From: a virus
Strand: one strand, 5' to 3'
DNA length: 64,000 bases
IMG/VR virus record: IMGVR_UViG_3300049929_000026
Coordinates: 73,619-137,618 of that record
The notes below the pieces were generated by a model. It saw nothing but the letters and a program-made list of their open reading frames with translations. It was not told the origin of the DNA and ran no database searches. This document shows, piece after piece, positions 38,222 through 49,249 of the stretch (the first letter of the stretch is position 1; each line of letters starts with the position of its first letter). A program made the translations under genes and the position numbers.

Positions 38222-39664
38222 TCACGCAGGATCTCTCCAATCGTCCCCGTAGACGTTTGCCTCTACCCGCGGGAATAGCTCGCGACCCAGCGGGTAGAAG
38301 GCTGTGAACCGCCCATCAAACTGAAGTTCATGGTGCGAGGCGCCGGAGTTGCGCCCCTTAACGACGTTCAGGTCGGCAAGGTGGTCGGGTTGCTCGTGCT
38401 TCTCTTTGAAGGCGTCATCGCGATGGATCATCAGGATGACGTCCGCGTCGAACTCGAGCGCGCCAGACTCGCGCAGCGCCGACATACCCGGCGGTTTCGG
38501 CCGAGTCTTCTGCTCTGGCCTGTTCAGTGACGAGAGCCCGATCATGGCGCAGTTGAACTCCCCCGCGATCTTCTTCAGCTCCTTGCTGATCAGGCCGATC
38601 TCCGTCGCCCGGTTTTTGTTAGGCACGTCCGCGCCCATGAGCTGGATATAGTCAACGCAGACCAGACCGAGCTCGGTGTCTTCGCCATGATCCTCGCGAA
38701 GTTTTGCGAGGTGGCGACGCAGCGCGCGACGCATACGGAACGGCGTGAGGTCTCGTCCCTCATCCATTATCATCGCGACATCGCTTGCAGCTTTCGCCTG
38801 CGCGACCAGCGACTCCCACTGGTTCGGTTGCATGCGTCCAATGCGGACGTTTGCGAATGGCACTTCCGCTTTGCGCGACAGCCCTCGCATCGTCAGCTGC
38901 TTATACTTCATCTCCAGCGTGAAGAAGACGACACCGACGCGGGCCCCATTCTTGGTACGCAAAACAGCGACGTTCTCGGCAGTCTGTTTTACCAGACTGG
39001 TTTTGCCGATGCCGGGATAGCCGCCGACGATCCAAAAGTCGCCGCCAGCAAGTCCGCCGACGTGGTTATCAAGTTCCTCGAAGCCAGTTGGATAGCCAGA
39101 CATCGTCGCGCCTGTGCGCGCCGACTCAGCGATGTCCTTGTAGGTCTGGCGCGCGGCCTCGCCGTAGGTAGCCCAAGTGATCTCCTTGTCGCGCGCGTCA
39201 CGCGCAGCGAGGGCGACGTCCTTCTCAACGCTCTCAAGCCACTCCGAAATATTGCCTACGTCACCGTAACCGTAAGCGGCCGACCGTTGACACACAGCAA
39301 TCATGACGCGCTGTTTCGCTTTCTCTTTCACGCGGATCGCGTGTTGTTCAACATGGGCTACCGCTGGGGTCGCGACTACAATCTGTGCAAGGTACGGAGT
39401 CCCACCAACTTGGTCTAGCCGGTTGTTGTCCCGTAGCCACCCAGATACCTGGACGGAGTCGATCGTTCTCTGCGAATCCTGTAGCCCATAGATCGCTTCC
39501 AGAATTCGCCTGTTGGCGTCCGCATACATGTCCTCGGGCGCGAGGATGTCTCGCACCGTATCTATCTGTGCCGGATCAAGCATGCATGCCGAAAGCACAG
39601 CGGCCTCAGCGTCCAAATCTGCCGGTGGAACGCGCCCTGGTTGCGGCTCTAGTTGGTCGCTCAT
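38222..39664 (-). CDS. dnaB: replicative DNA helicase
   Basis: PPADLDAEAAVL, GYPGIGKT, FTLEM, VDYIQLM, LRESGALEFDAD, KGRNS. Confidence 0.95.
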   Translation of the reverse strand: MSDQLEPQPGRVPPADLDAEAAVLSACMLDPAQIDTVRDILAPEDMYADANRRILEAIYGLQDSQRTIDSVQVSGWLRDNNRLDQVGGTPYLAQIVVATPAVAHVEQHAIRVKEKAKQRVMIAVCQRSAAYGYGDVGNISEWLESVEKDVALAARDARDKEITWATYGEAARQTYKDIAESARTGATMSGYPTGFEELDNHVGGLAGGDFWIVGGYPGIGKTSLVKQTAENVAVLRTKNGARVGVVFFTLEMKYKQLTMRGLSRKAEVPFANVRIGRMQPNQWESLVAQAKAASDVAMIMDEGRDLTPFRMRRALRRHLAKLREDHGEDTELGLVCVDYIQLMGADVPNKNRATEIGLISKELKKIAGEFNCAMIGLSSLNRPEQKTRPKPPGMSALRESGALEFDADVILMIHRDDAFKEKHEQPDHLADLNVVKGRNSGASHHELQFDGRFTAFYPLGRELFPRVEANVYGDDWRDPA

Positions 39665-40458
39665 CGAGCCTCCGAGTCAGTCCAGAGGTCGATCACTTTG
39701 CCTTTGTTGTTGCCGGCCTCGACCAGGCGGCGAACGACGGCGCTACCGTAGCGGTCGATGAACTTTGGCAGCCGCATGCCGGTCGTCGCGTAAGTGACCC
39801 GTCCAGTGTCGTACCGGGCAGCGATCACCTCAGCCACGGCATCGTCCGCACCGGCGCGCTTCGATTCCCACCCGAGGTCGTCGAGCACCAGGAACTGCGC
39901 GGAGCGTGCCTCGGTGACGAGTTCGGCTTCGCCCGATCCGAACGCCGTCTCGAGAGAGGCCTTGGCGAGCTCAAACGCCCGCACCCAGGTGCAGCTCCAC
40001 TTGATCTCTCCAGTGTCCCAGAGCGCGTTCATGTCGGCCGGTCTCAGCGGGTGCATGCGACGTAGGGCAGCGATGCCGGCCACGGACTTCCCGACGCCGG
40101 TCGGACCACACACCAGGCGTCCGCCTTCCCGGAACGGGTCGTACGTCGTTGCCTCTGGGCGCAGGGAAGGGGCCACCATGGCGGCGAGCTCGGGCACCGG
40201 ACGTAGCGCCAGGGCGCTAGGACCGCCCAGGAGCGCGTCCCGCATGTACCGGTCGACCCGGCGCCCCAGATCCGCCGCGACGCCAGCAGCAGTCGCCTCG
40301 TCGAAGCGTTGCTTGAATCCGGTGACCTTGAGTTCGTCCGCCAGCCGGAGAAGGTCCCAGCCAGCAAAGCGCGCGCGGCGTGCGAACAGCCTGACGTCGT
40401 CCACGAGGCCGGCTTCGCGGCAAGCAAACTCGGTGACGGTCATCTCTCTTTGGCTCAT
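39661..40458 (-). CDS. DnaC/IstB-like helicase loader ATPase
   Basis: GPTGVGKS, LVLDDLGWE, RYGSAVVRRL. Confidence 0.88.
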   Translation of the reverse strand: MSQREMTVTEFACREAGLVDDVRLFARRARFAGWDLLRLADELKVTGFKQRFDEATAAGVAADLGRRVDRYMRDALLGGPSALALRPVPELAAMVAPSLRPEATTYDPFREGGRLVCGPTGVGKSVAGIAALRRMHPLRPADMNALWDTGEIKWSCTWVRAFELAKASLETAFGSGEAELVTEARSAQFLVLDDLGWESKRAGADDAVAEVIAARYDTGRVTYATTGMRLPKFIDRYGSAVVRRLVEAGNNKGKVIDLWTDSEAR

Positions 40459-41543
40459 GAGCGCTTCTCCACGGTGGGCTTCCAGTCGCCCCCTTCGGCC
40501 TGCGGTTCACGGGACAGCCCAGCTTTGCGAGGCAGGGCAGTCAGCGCGCAGAACTTGTCGACCTGCGCTTCGTCCCGAAGGATTGTGGTCAGCGTCTGGT
40601 AGCTCTGGTTCTCCACCATGTAGGTCGCGAACCTCGAACGGCTCACGGCGAGCACCAGCCGTTCAATCGCAACGCCAGCCGCAATCAGCTTGAGGATGAC
40701 GAGAGACCTCGGGTCGCCGCTCGTCTTCGGCTTGCCGTCACGTCCCCACGTCTGTTCGAACGCCGTGAAGATGGGCTGTAGCTCGGGCCAATCCCGTGTT
40801 TCGCCGAACTTGTTGGCGAACAGCCCCGGATTGCTCAGCGTCTTCTCGGCCATCGTTCGAACGTCACGTTCGGGACGTTCCGCGCTCGCGCGTCCGAGAT
40901 CCTGACAAGTCTCCGGATTATTTTGATCATTTGATCGGGATCTGGATCCGGGATCCGGGAGATCTTGAGAAGATCCTGAAAGCTCAGATCGGGCGACGTT
41001 CGGGGAACGTTCGAACGAATCGTTCGGCGACGTTCGGGGAACGTTCGGGGATTCCGTTCGAACGTCGTTCGAGGCGTTCGAGGCGTTCGGGGTCTCCGTT
41101 CGAACGGTCCGTTCGGGCTGAGCTGAACCGTTCTTCGAACGTCGCGCTTCAGCCGAAGCCTTCCCGGCGACGCGCGCAGCCTCCGTGCGTGAGCTGGTTA
41201 GGTCGGCACCGGTATTCGATTGCGCTACGGGTGCCAAGAACGGCGGGCCGTAGTCGGCGAAGTCGTGGATCATCCAGCCGCCTTCCACTTCCACCCAGAT
41301 CCCCGAGTCATGCATGGGCTTGCCTGCGTCGAGGAGTTCGCGAACCAACGCGGCGGCTCCGCGGGGGGAGCGCCGAGCCATGCCCGCGAGCATGCAGGAT
41401 GGGACGAATCCGGGGCGCTTCCGAAGGTTTCGATCCTCTCGCGCCCAGCACAGAGCAACGATACCCAGCCGGAAAGCGTCACCCGAGAGGGAGCCCCATT
41501 TGGCGCTCTGCGGGAGCGCATCATCGAGCTTTGCCCAACTCAC
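40455..41543 (-). CDS. phage replication initiator
   Basis: MSWAKLDD...GWMIHDFADY N-terminal domain; internal iterons; upstream of DnaC/DnaB. Confidence 0.8.
   Translation of the reverse strand: MSWAKLDDALPQSAKWGSLSGDAFRLGIVALCWAREDRNLRKRPGFVPSCMLAGMARRSPRGAAALVRELLDAGKPMHDSGIWVEVEGGWMIHDFADYGPPFLAPVAQSNTGADLTSSRTEAARVAGKASAEARRSKNGSAQPERTVRTETPNASNASNDVRTESPNVPRTSPNDSFERSPNVARSELSGSSQDLPDPGSRSRSNDQNNPETCQDLGRASAERPERDVRTMAEKTLSNPGLFANKFGETRDWPELQPIFTAFEQTWGRDGKPKTSGDPRSLVILKLIAAGVAIERLVLAVSRSRFATYMVENQSYQTLTTILRDEAQVDKFCALTALPRKAGLSREPQAEGGDWKPTVEKRS
40850..41145. repeat. iteron cluster / probable replication origin
   Basis: More than 12 CGTTCG/CGAACG units (e.g. CGTTCGAACG, GACGTTCGGGGAACGTTCG twice) around a GATC-rich tract. 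Confidence 0.75.
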
Positions 41544-41555
41544 TTAGTGACTCCA

Positions 41556-41600
41556 GTGGTCACGTGACAACCATTGTCACAGCGTCGAAAAGTGTAGCGA
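41556..41600 (-). promoter_or_regulatory. putative replication promoter (TGT-GACAAT) abutting a palindrome copy
   Basis: Extended -10-like element 1 nt from GTTGTCACGTGACCAC; second copy at 41706. Confidence 0.5.
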
Positions 41601-41748
41601 AATCGACTCGTCACTGGTATTTACCTTCTGTGCCGCTGAAGACGGCGCTTGGCCGCGCGCTCGAGTCGAACCGAGCAGCGCGGCCGTTTTCATTTATCAG
41701 ATCGCGTTGTCAGCTGACAACCGTTCCGATCCAAAATCGCCACGGGCG

Positions 41749-42276
41749 TCAATGCCGCCCCGAAATCTGCTGAAGCAGGTCAGCAACCCGGTGCCGGGCG
41801 TCGCCGTCCGGCAGCTCCATGTCGTAAATCTCGGCACCGTTCTTGCCGATTCGGATCCAGATGCTCAGCCCGGCGACCGAGACAAAGCAAGACCGACGGT
41901 CCATCATTTCGGCGTGGAGCCAATCGTCGACCACCACCTCGTCGAAACGGCCGGCGGCGGCTGTCTCCCCGCGGTCCTCGATGGCGAGCGTCCCTTCGGT
42001 CTGGAATCGCCACTTGGCACCCGGGTGGCGGGCGAGATCACGGGAGCGGGCTGCGCGGTCTAAGGCAGGTTTCGGGTTTGGAGAAGGCAACCGACCGGCT
42101 AGTTCGAGGCAGCGCGGGCAGGTCGGGTGGGTTCCTAGTGGTGCAACCGACAGTGGCGCAGCGCGAGGCTTTGGTCGACGGGGCGCCTGTCCGACATAAA
42201 GGTGTGTTCGGTGCTTCCCGCAGACCGTGTAGTGACCGGATGAGGTGAGGTGGGTGGTGGTTCCGGCGCGGTTCAA
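41749..42276 (-). CDS. hypothetical protein
   Basis: GAGGTG RBS before TTG; H-x-C...CPRC. Confidence 0.5.
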   Translation of the reverse strand: MNRAGTTTHLTSSGHYTVCGKHRTHLYVGQAPRRPKPRAAPLSVAPLGTHPTCPRCLELAGRLPSPNPKPALDRAARSRDLARHPGAKWRFQTEGTLAIEDRGETAAAGRFDEVVVDDWLHAEMMDRRSCFVSVAGLSIWIRIGKNGAEIYDMELPDGDARHRVADLLQQISGRH

Positions 42277-43083
42277 GTAGTCACCTCATCGGTCCGAACG
42301 CCTTGGTAGGTTTCAATCTCCGCCGATTCGAAATATCGGCGCAGGGCATTGCACTGCACGCGCGGGCGCTCCGGGTCTTTTACCTTTCACGCGCGGCTCG
42401 CCGGGAAGCAATGGCGGGTGCACCTCCATGTGCGCTTCGTACGTCTCTCCACAGTACAGACAGTGCCCCTCTTTCCATGTTCGCTCGTGCGTTTCGATTA
42501 GCGATGCCGCGCGCTTGGCTTCGATCACGATCCGCTTGAGGCGAGCCTTGTATTCGCCGAGCTTGGCGGGCTTGGGCTCGTCTTCAATCTGCTCGGCCTC
42601 CTCGCGAATCTGCGTGACCTTGTCGTAGAGCAAGGTCATCACCTCGGCACGTGAGAGCTGGGTGACCGAGCTCACGGCCGCTCCGACTTCGAGCGCGAAG
42701 GCACCAGCCCCGCCATCCAATTTGCCGTCGCCTCGACCGTTCCGCTCGCAAGGAGCTGCTCCCGGTACTCGCCCGGTACCAATGCCTCGCTCTCATTGGT
42801 GAGTTCGGTAAACGCGCCTTCTGGAAAGGTATCCGGGGGCAGACGCCCCATTCGCGACAACGAATCTTCCAGATCCGATAAAGCCTCCGGGGCGTCAGCC
42901 TGGAACTGGGCTATCACCTCAGAAAGCGGTGCAAATTTGGGGAGCACGTCCTCCACCATCGCCAGTACGCCATCAATGCGAAGAGCGAGGCCTTTCACGT
43001 GGGAGTGAACGAGTTGCAGCTTGGCTTCGGCGGCCTCGGCTCGCTTCTTCCAGGCTTTTGACTCGTCGCACCCGCAAACTGGT

Positions 43084-43521
43084 TCAGTCACGGGAGCACC
43101 ACTCTGGCAGTAGGTCATTGCGGATCAACTTAGCGACGCTCGTGCGCTCAGCGTTTGATACGTAGGCGTACGACGCAGAGTCGCCCAGCAGTGCGATGAA
43201 CCCGAGCCCGGGCAGTGCATCCTTCACATCCTCGGCAAGCTGCCGAATCATGTATGAGTCGACGCCATCTGGAGAGAAGCGCGGCGCGCGACCTAGCCAG
43301 CCTTCAAGCAGTGCCGAGAAGGCATCCGCGAGCGCTGGCATCGTGAGCGATGTTTTGAACGCCACGTTGTCGTACGTCTGGTTGCCGAAGTCGAAAGCGA
43401 CCAGTGTAAACGGGTATCGGGTTATCTTGCCCTTGTAGAGCTTACGGAAGGTGTCGGCGCATCGCTGCTCGAGCACGAGACGAACCTGCGTTTGTGTGTT
43501 TGATTCAGGTTCAGTGGTCAT
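43084..43521 (-). CDS. hypothetical protein
   Basis: Start MTTEPE inside palindrome 43514. Confidence 0.55.
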   Translation of the reverse strand: MTTEPESNTQTQVRLVLEQRCADTFRKLYKGKITRYPFTLVAFDFGNQTYDNVAFKTSLTMPALADAFSALLEGWLGRAPRFSPDGVDSYMIRQLAEDVKDALPGLGFIALLGDSASYAYVSNAERTSVAKLIRNDLLPEWCSRD

Positions 43522-44085
43522 TTGACAACCTTCGAGCATTCGTAGCAGGTCCTGGTGTTCAGGAAGTGGCTCACGCCGCACGGACACTTCCTTTCCTGGG
43601 TAACGCTGCCCACGAAGCCGTGGGCGGTCTGGAGATAGAGCGGACGCAGGGTATCGGTGATGATTTCCGTGATCCTCGGCAATGGGCGTCTCGCCTTGCG
43701 CACGCCTCGCTTGGCCTTGCTCGGTGGCTTGTCTTGCACCTCGAAGGCCATGTCCTTGTTCGAGTAGCGGATACCCATCACGTGACCACCTTAGGCCACA
43801 GTGCCATCAGCTCGGTAGCAAGCTTGGCCCATTCGCTTGCGGCATCAAGGTCGTTCGACGCTGCCCAGCCTTGGGGGTTCGCCCCGCTGATCATGTCGTG
43901 AAGGTCTTCGATGTGCTGCGCCGCAAAGAAGCACCCAGCGCACGAACCGATGTGCTTGTTCTGACCATATGCTTTGGTGTGGAGCTCAAGCAGCCGCTCC
44001 ACCACGCGATCGAAAGCCTCCCGGGCGCCGGTGTCGTCCGCCAGTAGGGCGCGCCTCACGACTTCGATTGCCTGTCCGGTAGCGC

Positions 44086-44364
44086 TCATCGGTTGCCTTT
44101 CAGAAATGATTCTTCGCGTTCGCAGTCCGCCCTGACCACGTCGACGTTATCCAGCGCGAACGAAAGCGCATCGAGCACCTTGGCCGGCCCGAGCTGCGGA
44201 TAGCGTTTGGCGAGTTTCTCGAACGAGGCGCCCGCTTGGTAGAGCGCGTAGATGCGGCGCACCGGAACGCGGGAGCCGACCACGTACGGGCTTCCTCCAA
44301 GCACGTTGGCGTCGACCCTGACGTGCGGGTGGGGAACGAGGGCAATGGGAAGTGGTTGGTTCAT
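44086..44364 (-). CDS. DUF433 (antitoxin-like) protein
   Basis: VDANVLGGSPYVVGSRVPV...YPQLGPAKVLDALSF. Confidence 0.85.
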   Translation of the reverse strand: MNQPLPIALVPHPHVRVDANVLGGSPYVVGSRVPVRRIYALYQAGASFEKLAKRYPQLGPAKVLDALSFALDNVDVVRADCEREESFLKGNR

Positions 44365-45429
44365 TGAAAGGCCTCCGACTGCTGACGTTGGAACGTGGCC
44401 TTTGCCACTTCGGTCATGCTCGAAAGCTTCGAGCCTAGCTTCTTCTTGAAGTCGTCCCACGGTGGCAGGTGCTTCCCGAACAAACACCACGCGAGATAGA
44501 GCAGATTTGGCAGGAGCATCGCCTCATCACGAACGACCGTGTTTAGTATCTGAAGTGCGAGGAATATCTGGAAGTTCCTCGTCCAGAGCGGGAGGCGAAA
44601 ACCGAACAGGAAAACGAGGAACTCGTTAGCGACGAACATGCCGGCAACCGTTGCGACGTGGAATAGCAGGTTGCCGATGGTCGGTATACGAAGGATGTGA
44701 TCGATCACTGTGTCACCATCCAGCGTGTTGCCATCGAACAGGAGCGACGGCGCGGGCGCACGTCGCGCAGCACGAACGACTCGCGCAATCGGCGAGCGAA
44801 GAACTCCGCTCGGCGCACAGCTCGAGACATGCAGGCCCAACGGGAGAAGGTATCGAGGTAGCGCTGCAACTCTTCGCCAAACTCGCGAACCAGGCGCTGG
44901 GTCTCGGTTTCCTGCGCAATAGAGTGCGAATGGCTGAAGTTGGCGCTGGTCCAGCTGCTATCGTGGGACAGCACTCCACTTGTGCCGTAGACCGTTACAC
45001 CATGGCTAGTCGTGATGGTTATCGTCCATATGGGCGATGTGGAGACGGTGGTTGTGTAGTCGGGAGTCAAGTGACCACTCCGTTGGAGACCCCCTGGAGG
45101 ATCATGGTTTGGCACCCGTCATTAGCAAATAACCAGCACACACGAGCTTCGGTTCACCGTCCGCATCGAGTGCCTTGTGGCAGTAGAATTCGTCCCGCTC
45201 GGCCATGCATTTGACAGCGTTCATGAGCGTTGATGGACACTGGTTCGGTACCGTCCCTAGCCGGAACGCGCAGTCGTCGCAGCGTTTCCGCGCACCGGCG
45301 TCCGCCAGTGACTCGGCCCCGTCGCAGAGACGTGCAAGCTCGCGCCCGAGCTCCGCGCCTTCGGGGCTTGGAATGTTCCGAATAGCCGGCGCGCCCGGTG
45401 CGGGCGGCTCGCTGTATGGCCAGGGAGCG

Positions 45430-46185
45430 CTAAGCACGACGGCGCCCCGATGATGCGTTCCGCGCGACTTCTAGTTCTCGATCGAATTGAGAAGGGAGTA
45501 GCTCGCACTCCATTCCGTTCCAGTTGAAGTTGGTTTCTCCGCGGAGGTGCGCTTGCACAAGCTCCGGATCCGATGCGGGTCGTTTCGACCGCCAGTGGGA
45601 CCGTACCCAGTTGCGTAGCGCAGTTCGCCGACTCCTGCCCTCCGGCAAGTCTCGGAGCTTGAATGCTTCCCGCGCCCCAACGGGGTCGGTGGGAATGGTC
45701 GCTGATAATTGTCCCGGCGCCGCTCTGAATCGAACCCTCCACTCATATCGATCCGCCAGCATATTTGCGATCAAATCGATCATCAGAGGCTCCTCGCTGC
45801 GCCCCCTGGCGCGAGTGAGCTCATGCCCATCAAGCATGCTGAAGACGCTTCGTCCTCTGGCGACAGCCGGCGAGTGAATGGCTTCCACAATCTTGCCGCG
45901 CACGACATCTGCGACTGCAACCTCGAGAGTCCTGCCGGGGTAGAATCGCTTCGCCCCCAGCGCGCGGGCTTGCGCTTTGCTTATCTCACGGATCAACGTC
46001 AGCTCATTCGAGCTAGAGTTAAATTGGCGATAGCAGATTCGGTGCGCCCAGTCCTGTTCGGACGCATCGTAGTGCAGCGGCATCGTGCTGCCCGGCATCT
46101 GGACGATCGCGCCGTCCCAAAGCGTCGAGCGGGGAAGGCTCAGAATAGAATCTATTCGCTCGACCTGATCATCAATGTCGCTCAT
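45430..46185 (-). CDS. hypothetical protein
   Basis: GAGG RBS; VRSHWR...VQAHLRG motif. Confidence 0.6.
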   Translation of the reverse strand: MSDIDDQVERIDSILSLPRSTLWDGAIVQMPGSTMPLHYDASEQDWAHRICYRQFNSSSNELTLIREISKAQARALGAKRFYPGRTLEVAVADVVRGKIVEAIHSPAVARGRSVFSMLDGHELTRARGRSEEPLMIDLIANMLADRYEWRVRFRAAPGQLSATIPTDPVGAREAFKLRDLPEGRSRRTALRNWVRSHWRSKRPASDPELVQAHLRGETNFNWNGMECELLPSQFDRELEVARNASSGRRRA

Positions 46186-46853
46186 TGTTGTTCCTCACAA
46201 TTGCTCACCATGAGCTCGTAACAAGCGCCGCCCCATGCGTGCCCGCAAGGGAGTGTTTCGGCGAAGACCGCAAGCTGCTCACGGCTGAACTTGGCCTTAC
46301 AGAATTCACAGAAGCTCCCGCCGATGATCTTCTGTGGAGGCAAGGCGCGCGGCGCCGGCGGGGCCGGGTCGTGCTTGTGGGCCTCGTGCCACTCGTAGGC
46401 AGCGCGATTGCCCCGGAGCGTTATTTGCGTCTTCACGCCCGAAGCGCGACCAACCTCGGAAGCTAGCCACCCGGCGCAATATCGGAGCAAGCCATCGTCT
46501 TCGTTGCGAATCAGTTCATGGACCGAGATCGTGCGAACCAGGCGCTGCATAGCGCCCATGGCTGACCACTCGAACCAGCAAACGACCTCGTCGCGGTCGA
46601 AACCCTTCCAGTCGAGTCCGAGCCAAAGTTCCGGCGGGCCGCCATCAATCACGAGTTTGGCGCGCAGGAACGCGAGCGGCTCGTGACTGCGGAAGCGCTG
46701 CCAGTCCGCCATCCCGTGATGGGCCGCGAGCATCTCCATGGCGAGGTATTCGAGTGACCGCCGCCGCTTGCGCTCGAATTCGGCGTCTTCTGTTTGCCGC
46801 TTTTCGAGAGGGGTCATCGGAAACGCTCCGCTGCAGAAGCTGCACTTCGCCAC
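46182..46853 (-). CDS. hypothetical Zn-ribbon protein
   Basis: CSFC and CEFC...CGH. Confidence 0.5.
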   Translation of the reverse strand: MAKCSFCSGAFPMTPLEKRQTEDAEFERKRRRSLEYLAMEMLAAHHGMADWQRFRSHEPLAFLRAKLVIDGGPPELWLGLDWKGFDRDEVVCWFEWSAMGAMQRLVRTISVHELIRNEDDGLLRYCAGWLASEVGRASGVKTQITLRGNRAAYEWHEAHKHDPAPPAPRALPPQKIIGGSFCEFCKAKFSREQLAVFAETLPCGHAWGGACYELMVSNCEEQQ

Positions 46854-47164
46854 GCAGCCAGCCCGCGATCGGTCAGGCGGTACAGTCGCCGTTGGACGCC
46901 GATGTAGCTCGGTGTGACTGGCTCCGAGCGGCTCGCTACCAACCCCTCTTCCTCCATCCGACCAAGCGTGACGTACACCGCTCCGCGCTTCAGCCGACCG
47001 CCGGATCTGCGGACTAAATCAAGCCCATACGACTCATGGCTGCTTGCCAGCAGCTCCAGCACCACGGAAGTTTGCAGCCGATACGCCACTCGCTCGCAAT
47101 ACACGAATACGCCGACCACGAAGCCGACGAGCACAAGACCGGCTACTGCGCCGATGAAACTCAT
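46814..47164 (-). CDS. PadR-like winged-helix protein with N-terminal TM
   Basis: SYGLDL...GAVYVTLGRMEEEGLV...RRLYRLTDRG. Confidence 0.8.
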   Translation of the reverse strand: MSFIGAVAGLVLVGFVVGVFVYCERVAYRLQTSVVLELLASSHESYGLDLVRRSGGRLKRGAVYVTLGRMEEEGLVASRSEPVTPSYIGVQRRLYRLTDRGLAAWRSAASAAERFR

Positions 47165-47538
47165 TTGCGCACCATCTTCGAGATGATTTTAACCGGTATG
47201 CCCTGCTTTACGGCTTGGATGATCATGTCGAGAGTCCCTCTACTGACGCCATCCCAAAATGCGAGGCATAGATCGGCGCCAGCTTTGGCCATCTCTGCAT
47301 TGCGAATAGGGCCGGCCGCTTTGCCGTTTTTTAGCCAGTCAGCTGGGTGTGCCTCGACGGTCACGTCATCAAGAAGGTTGAGAGCCCAGACGCGGGCAAT
47401 CTCATCGGCGCCGGTCGGGCACGCGCCGTGAACCAGCGTGAATTTATCCTCGCGGTCGAACACTTCATCGAGCTCTCGGTCGACGGCAAATTCGTCTGTC
47501 CAATCCCTGCAACCGGTGACGATAACTCGGGAGGTCAC
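47161..47538 (-). CDS. SLOG-family (DUF2493/YspA-like) protein
   Basis: VTGCRDW, VHGACPTGAD, AAGPIRNAEM, FWDGVSRGT. Confidence 0.85.
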   Translation of the reverse strand: MTSRVIVTGCRDWTDEFAVDRELDEVFDREDKFTLVHGACPTGADEIARVWALNLLDDVTVEAHPADWLKNGKAAGPIRNAEMAKAGADLCLAFWDGVSRGTLDMIIQAVKQGIPVKIISKMVRK

Positions 47539-48001
47539 TTGACCCGTCCAATCAGCCCATTCGCCCTGGCTCGAGAGAGGCGGTTACGGGTGCGGCGGTC
47601 ACCGGTGGCCTCGTCGGAGGCAAGCGTATCGCGCCACCGTAGCCATCGGGCCAGTCGCTTACGCAGCACGGCGAAGCCGACCCCACCATGGTAGCGGCAA
47701 AGGCCCTCGTCTTCCGGTCCGCACAACGGTATCGCATCGCACAACGAGCAGCCGGACGGGAATCCTTTAGCGTCCAAGCCCGTTGCGAGATCGTTGCGCT
47801 TCACGAAGATCAAGCGCATTGCCGCCATGCGGTACGCCACGGGAGCGCTGTTCACATGGCGGACGACGGCCTTGCGAACTGGCTCGCTTTCAAATGGCTC
47901 ATCCTCGGATCCATATCCTGAGCTGATGCCGTCGTACTCCCACTCAAGCCGATATTGAACGCGCACAACGCGCCGAATAGCTCCCAATTTGCCGAGAACG
48001 G

Positions 48002-48514
48002 TCATTGGTATCCTCCCCACGTCTTGAGCGTGGCCGTCTTCGGTAGGTACAACGGATGTCCAGGGTGCCCGCCCTGTGTTTGCTTCAGGCAAAACAACCG
48101 GTCATTCTGAAAGAGCGTCTGCACATCGCGAGCGCGATCCCGTGCCATCGGATGCGAGCCCCATGCGCAGACGATCGGGCAAGCTGGGAGTGTAATCAGC
48201 GCCGAATCGTTGTCGGCCCCCACCGGGTTTGAGAACTTGCAGAGCAACTTGGAGTCCGTCTCGCGGACGGCGAACAAGTTGACGACAATCAGATCGGTGT
48301 GGCCCCAGTCCTGGGCGAATCCGATACAGCGGCGTACGGTCGGGTCATTCACGAATGCACTGGCGGTGCTTGGGTTGAGCATGCAAAACACGATTGGGTT
48401 CACGGGTGGGCTCTCGACGCTCCCGGCGAAACAGCGGCGCAGCTTGTACCGGTACCGCCGGTCATCGCTGAAGTCGGCGCGGCTGGTGCGCGTCAGGTCG
48501 TACTCGGTGATCAT
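48002..48514 (-). CDS. DUF1643-like protein
   Basis: YRYKLRR, MLNPSTA, DPTVRRC, VNLFA, CAWG, HPLY. Confidence 0.85.
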   Translation of the reverse strand: MITEYDLTRTSRADFSDDRRYRYKLRRCFAGSVESPPVNPIVFCMLNPSTASAFVNDPTVRRCIGFAQDWGHTDLIVVNLFAVRETDSKLLCKFSNPVGADNDSALITLPACPIVCAWGSHPMARDRARDVQTLFQNDRLFCLKQTQGGHPGHPLYLPKTATLKTWGGYQ

Positions 48515-48937
48515 TTGCCACCTCCCGGAAACGCATGGTCCGCCGGCTCGCGGCTGGCCTTCCGCTCGCCACAGCCGGCACAGCCGGCACAGCGTGGGCA
48601 GCAGGCGGCGCCGATGCCCTCGACGGCCATGGCGCCTTTGCCCTTGCAGGCTGGGCAGGTGTGGTTTCGTTCCGAGCTACCGAGCGCGCCTGAGCTCAGA
48701 GCGCGCGCGTTGACCGGGAGTTCGACCCGCAGGCAGTCGCAGAAAGCGGAATCGGTGGTGTGCCTGCTCCACGCGCGCAGACACATACGGAGCCGGTGAT
48801 CGTTCACGACGCCCGCCCGTCTGCTCGACCGAGCAGGTAAGCGTTCGCCGCCAACACCAGGCCGCAAATCACGTCGGCCATGTGCGAGCCGGGGACGAGC
48901 AAACCGATGGCGGAGATAACGAGCCATGGCCATTGGT

Positions 48938-49249
48938 TCATCGGGTCTGCTCCTGGATAGCGATGGCGAGATCAAACAGCTCAAGGACATCAAAGCGCGT
49001 TCGGCCAGGAGCATCGTTCCAGTCACCGATACCGGTGCTGATGCCGGCCACCTTTCGGAGCAAGCAAACAGCCTCGTTAGCGGCGTCGAATTCGATGACA
49101 GCGAGACATGCTCCAGCTGCGCACCAGCAAACGGCGCACCGACTGTCGGATGGCACAGACTCGCCGTCTTGGTCGATAGCAGCGGCGCCCTGGCACCACC
49201 CGGACTCCACCTTGGCTCGTGCCGCTTTGAGGATTTCGAGAGCAGTCAC
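48938..49249 (-). CDS. hypothetical protein (paralog of 52762..53091)
   Basis: GWCQG...CWC..G...WNDxPxRT...VLELFD. Confidence 0.65.
   Translation of the reverse strand: MTALEILKAARAKVESGWCQGAAAIDQDGESVPSDSRCAVCWCAAGACLAVIEFDAANEAVCLLRKVAGISTGIGDWNDAPGRTRFDVLELFDLAIAIQEQTR

Noticed and set aside
40850-41145. CGTTCG repeats as a CRISPR array
   Set aside because: Short irregular units inside the initiator gene; they fit iterons
41532-41539. 8-nt match (GTTGGGCA) of the spacer 5' end at the start of the replication initiator
   Set aside because: An 8-mer is expected by chance in 64 kb; no extension
45111-45120. 10-nt internal spacer match GGCACCCGTC
   Set aside because: Does not include the 5' end; chance level in GC-rich DNA
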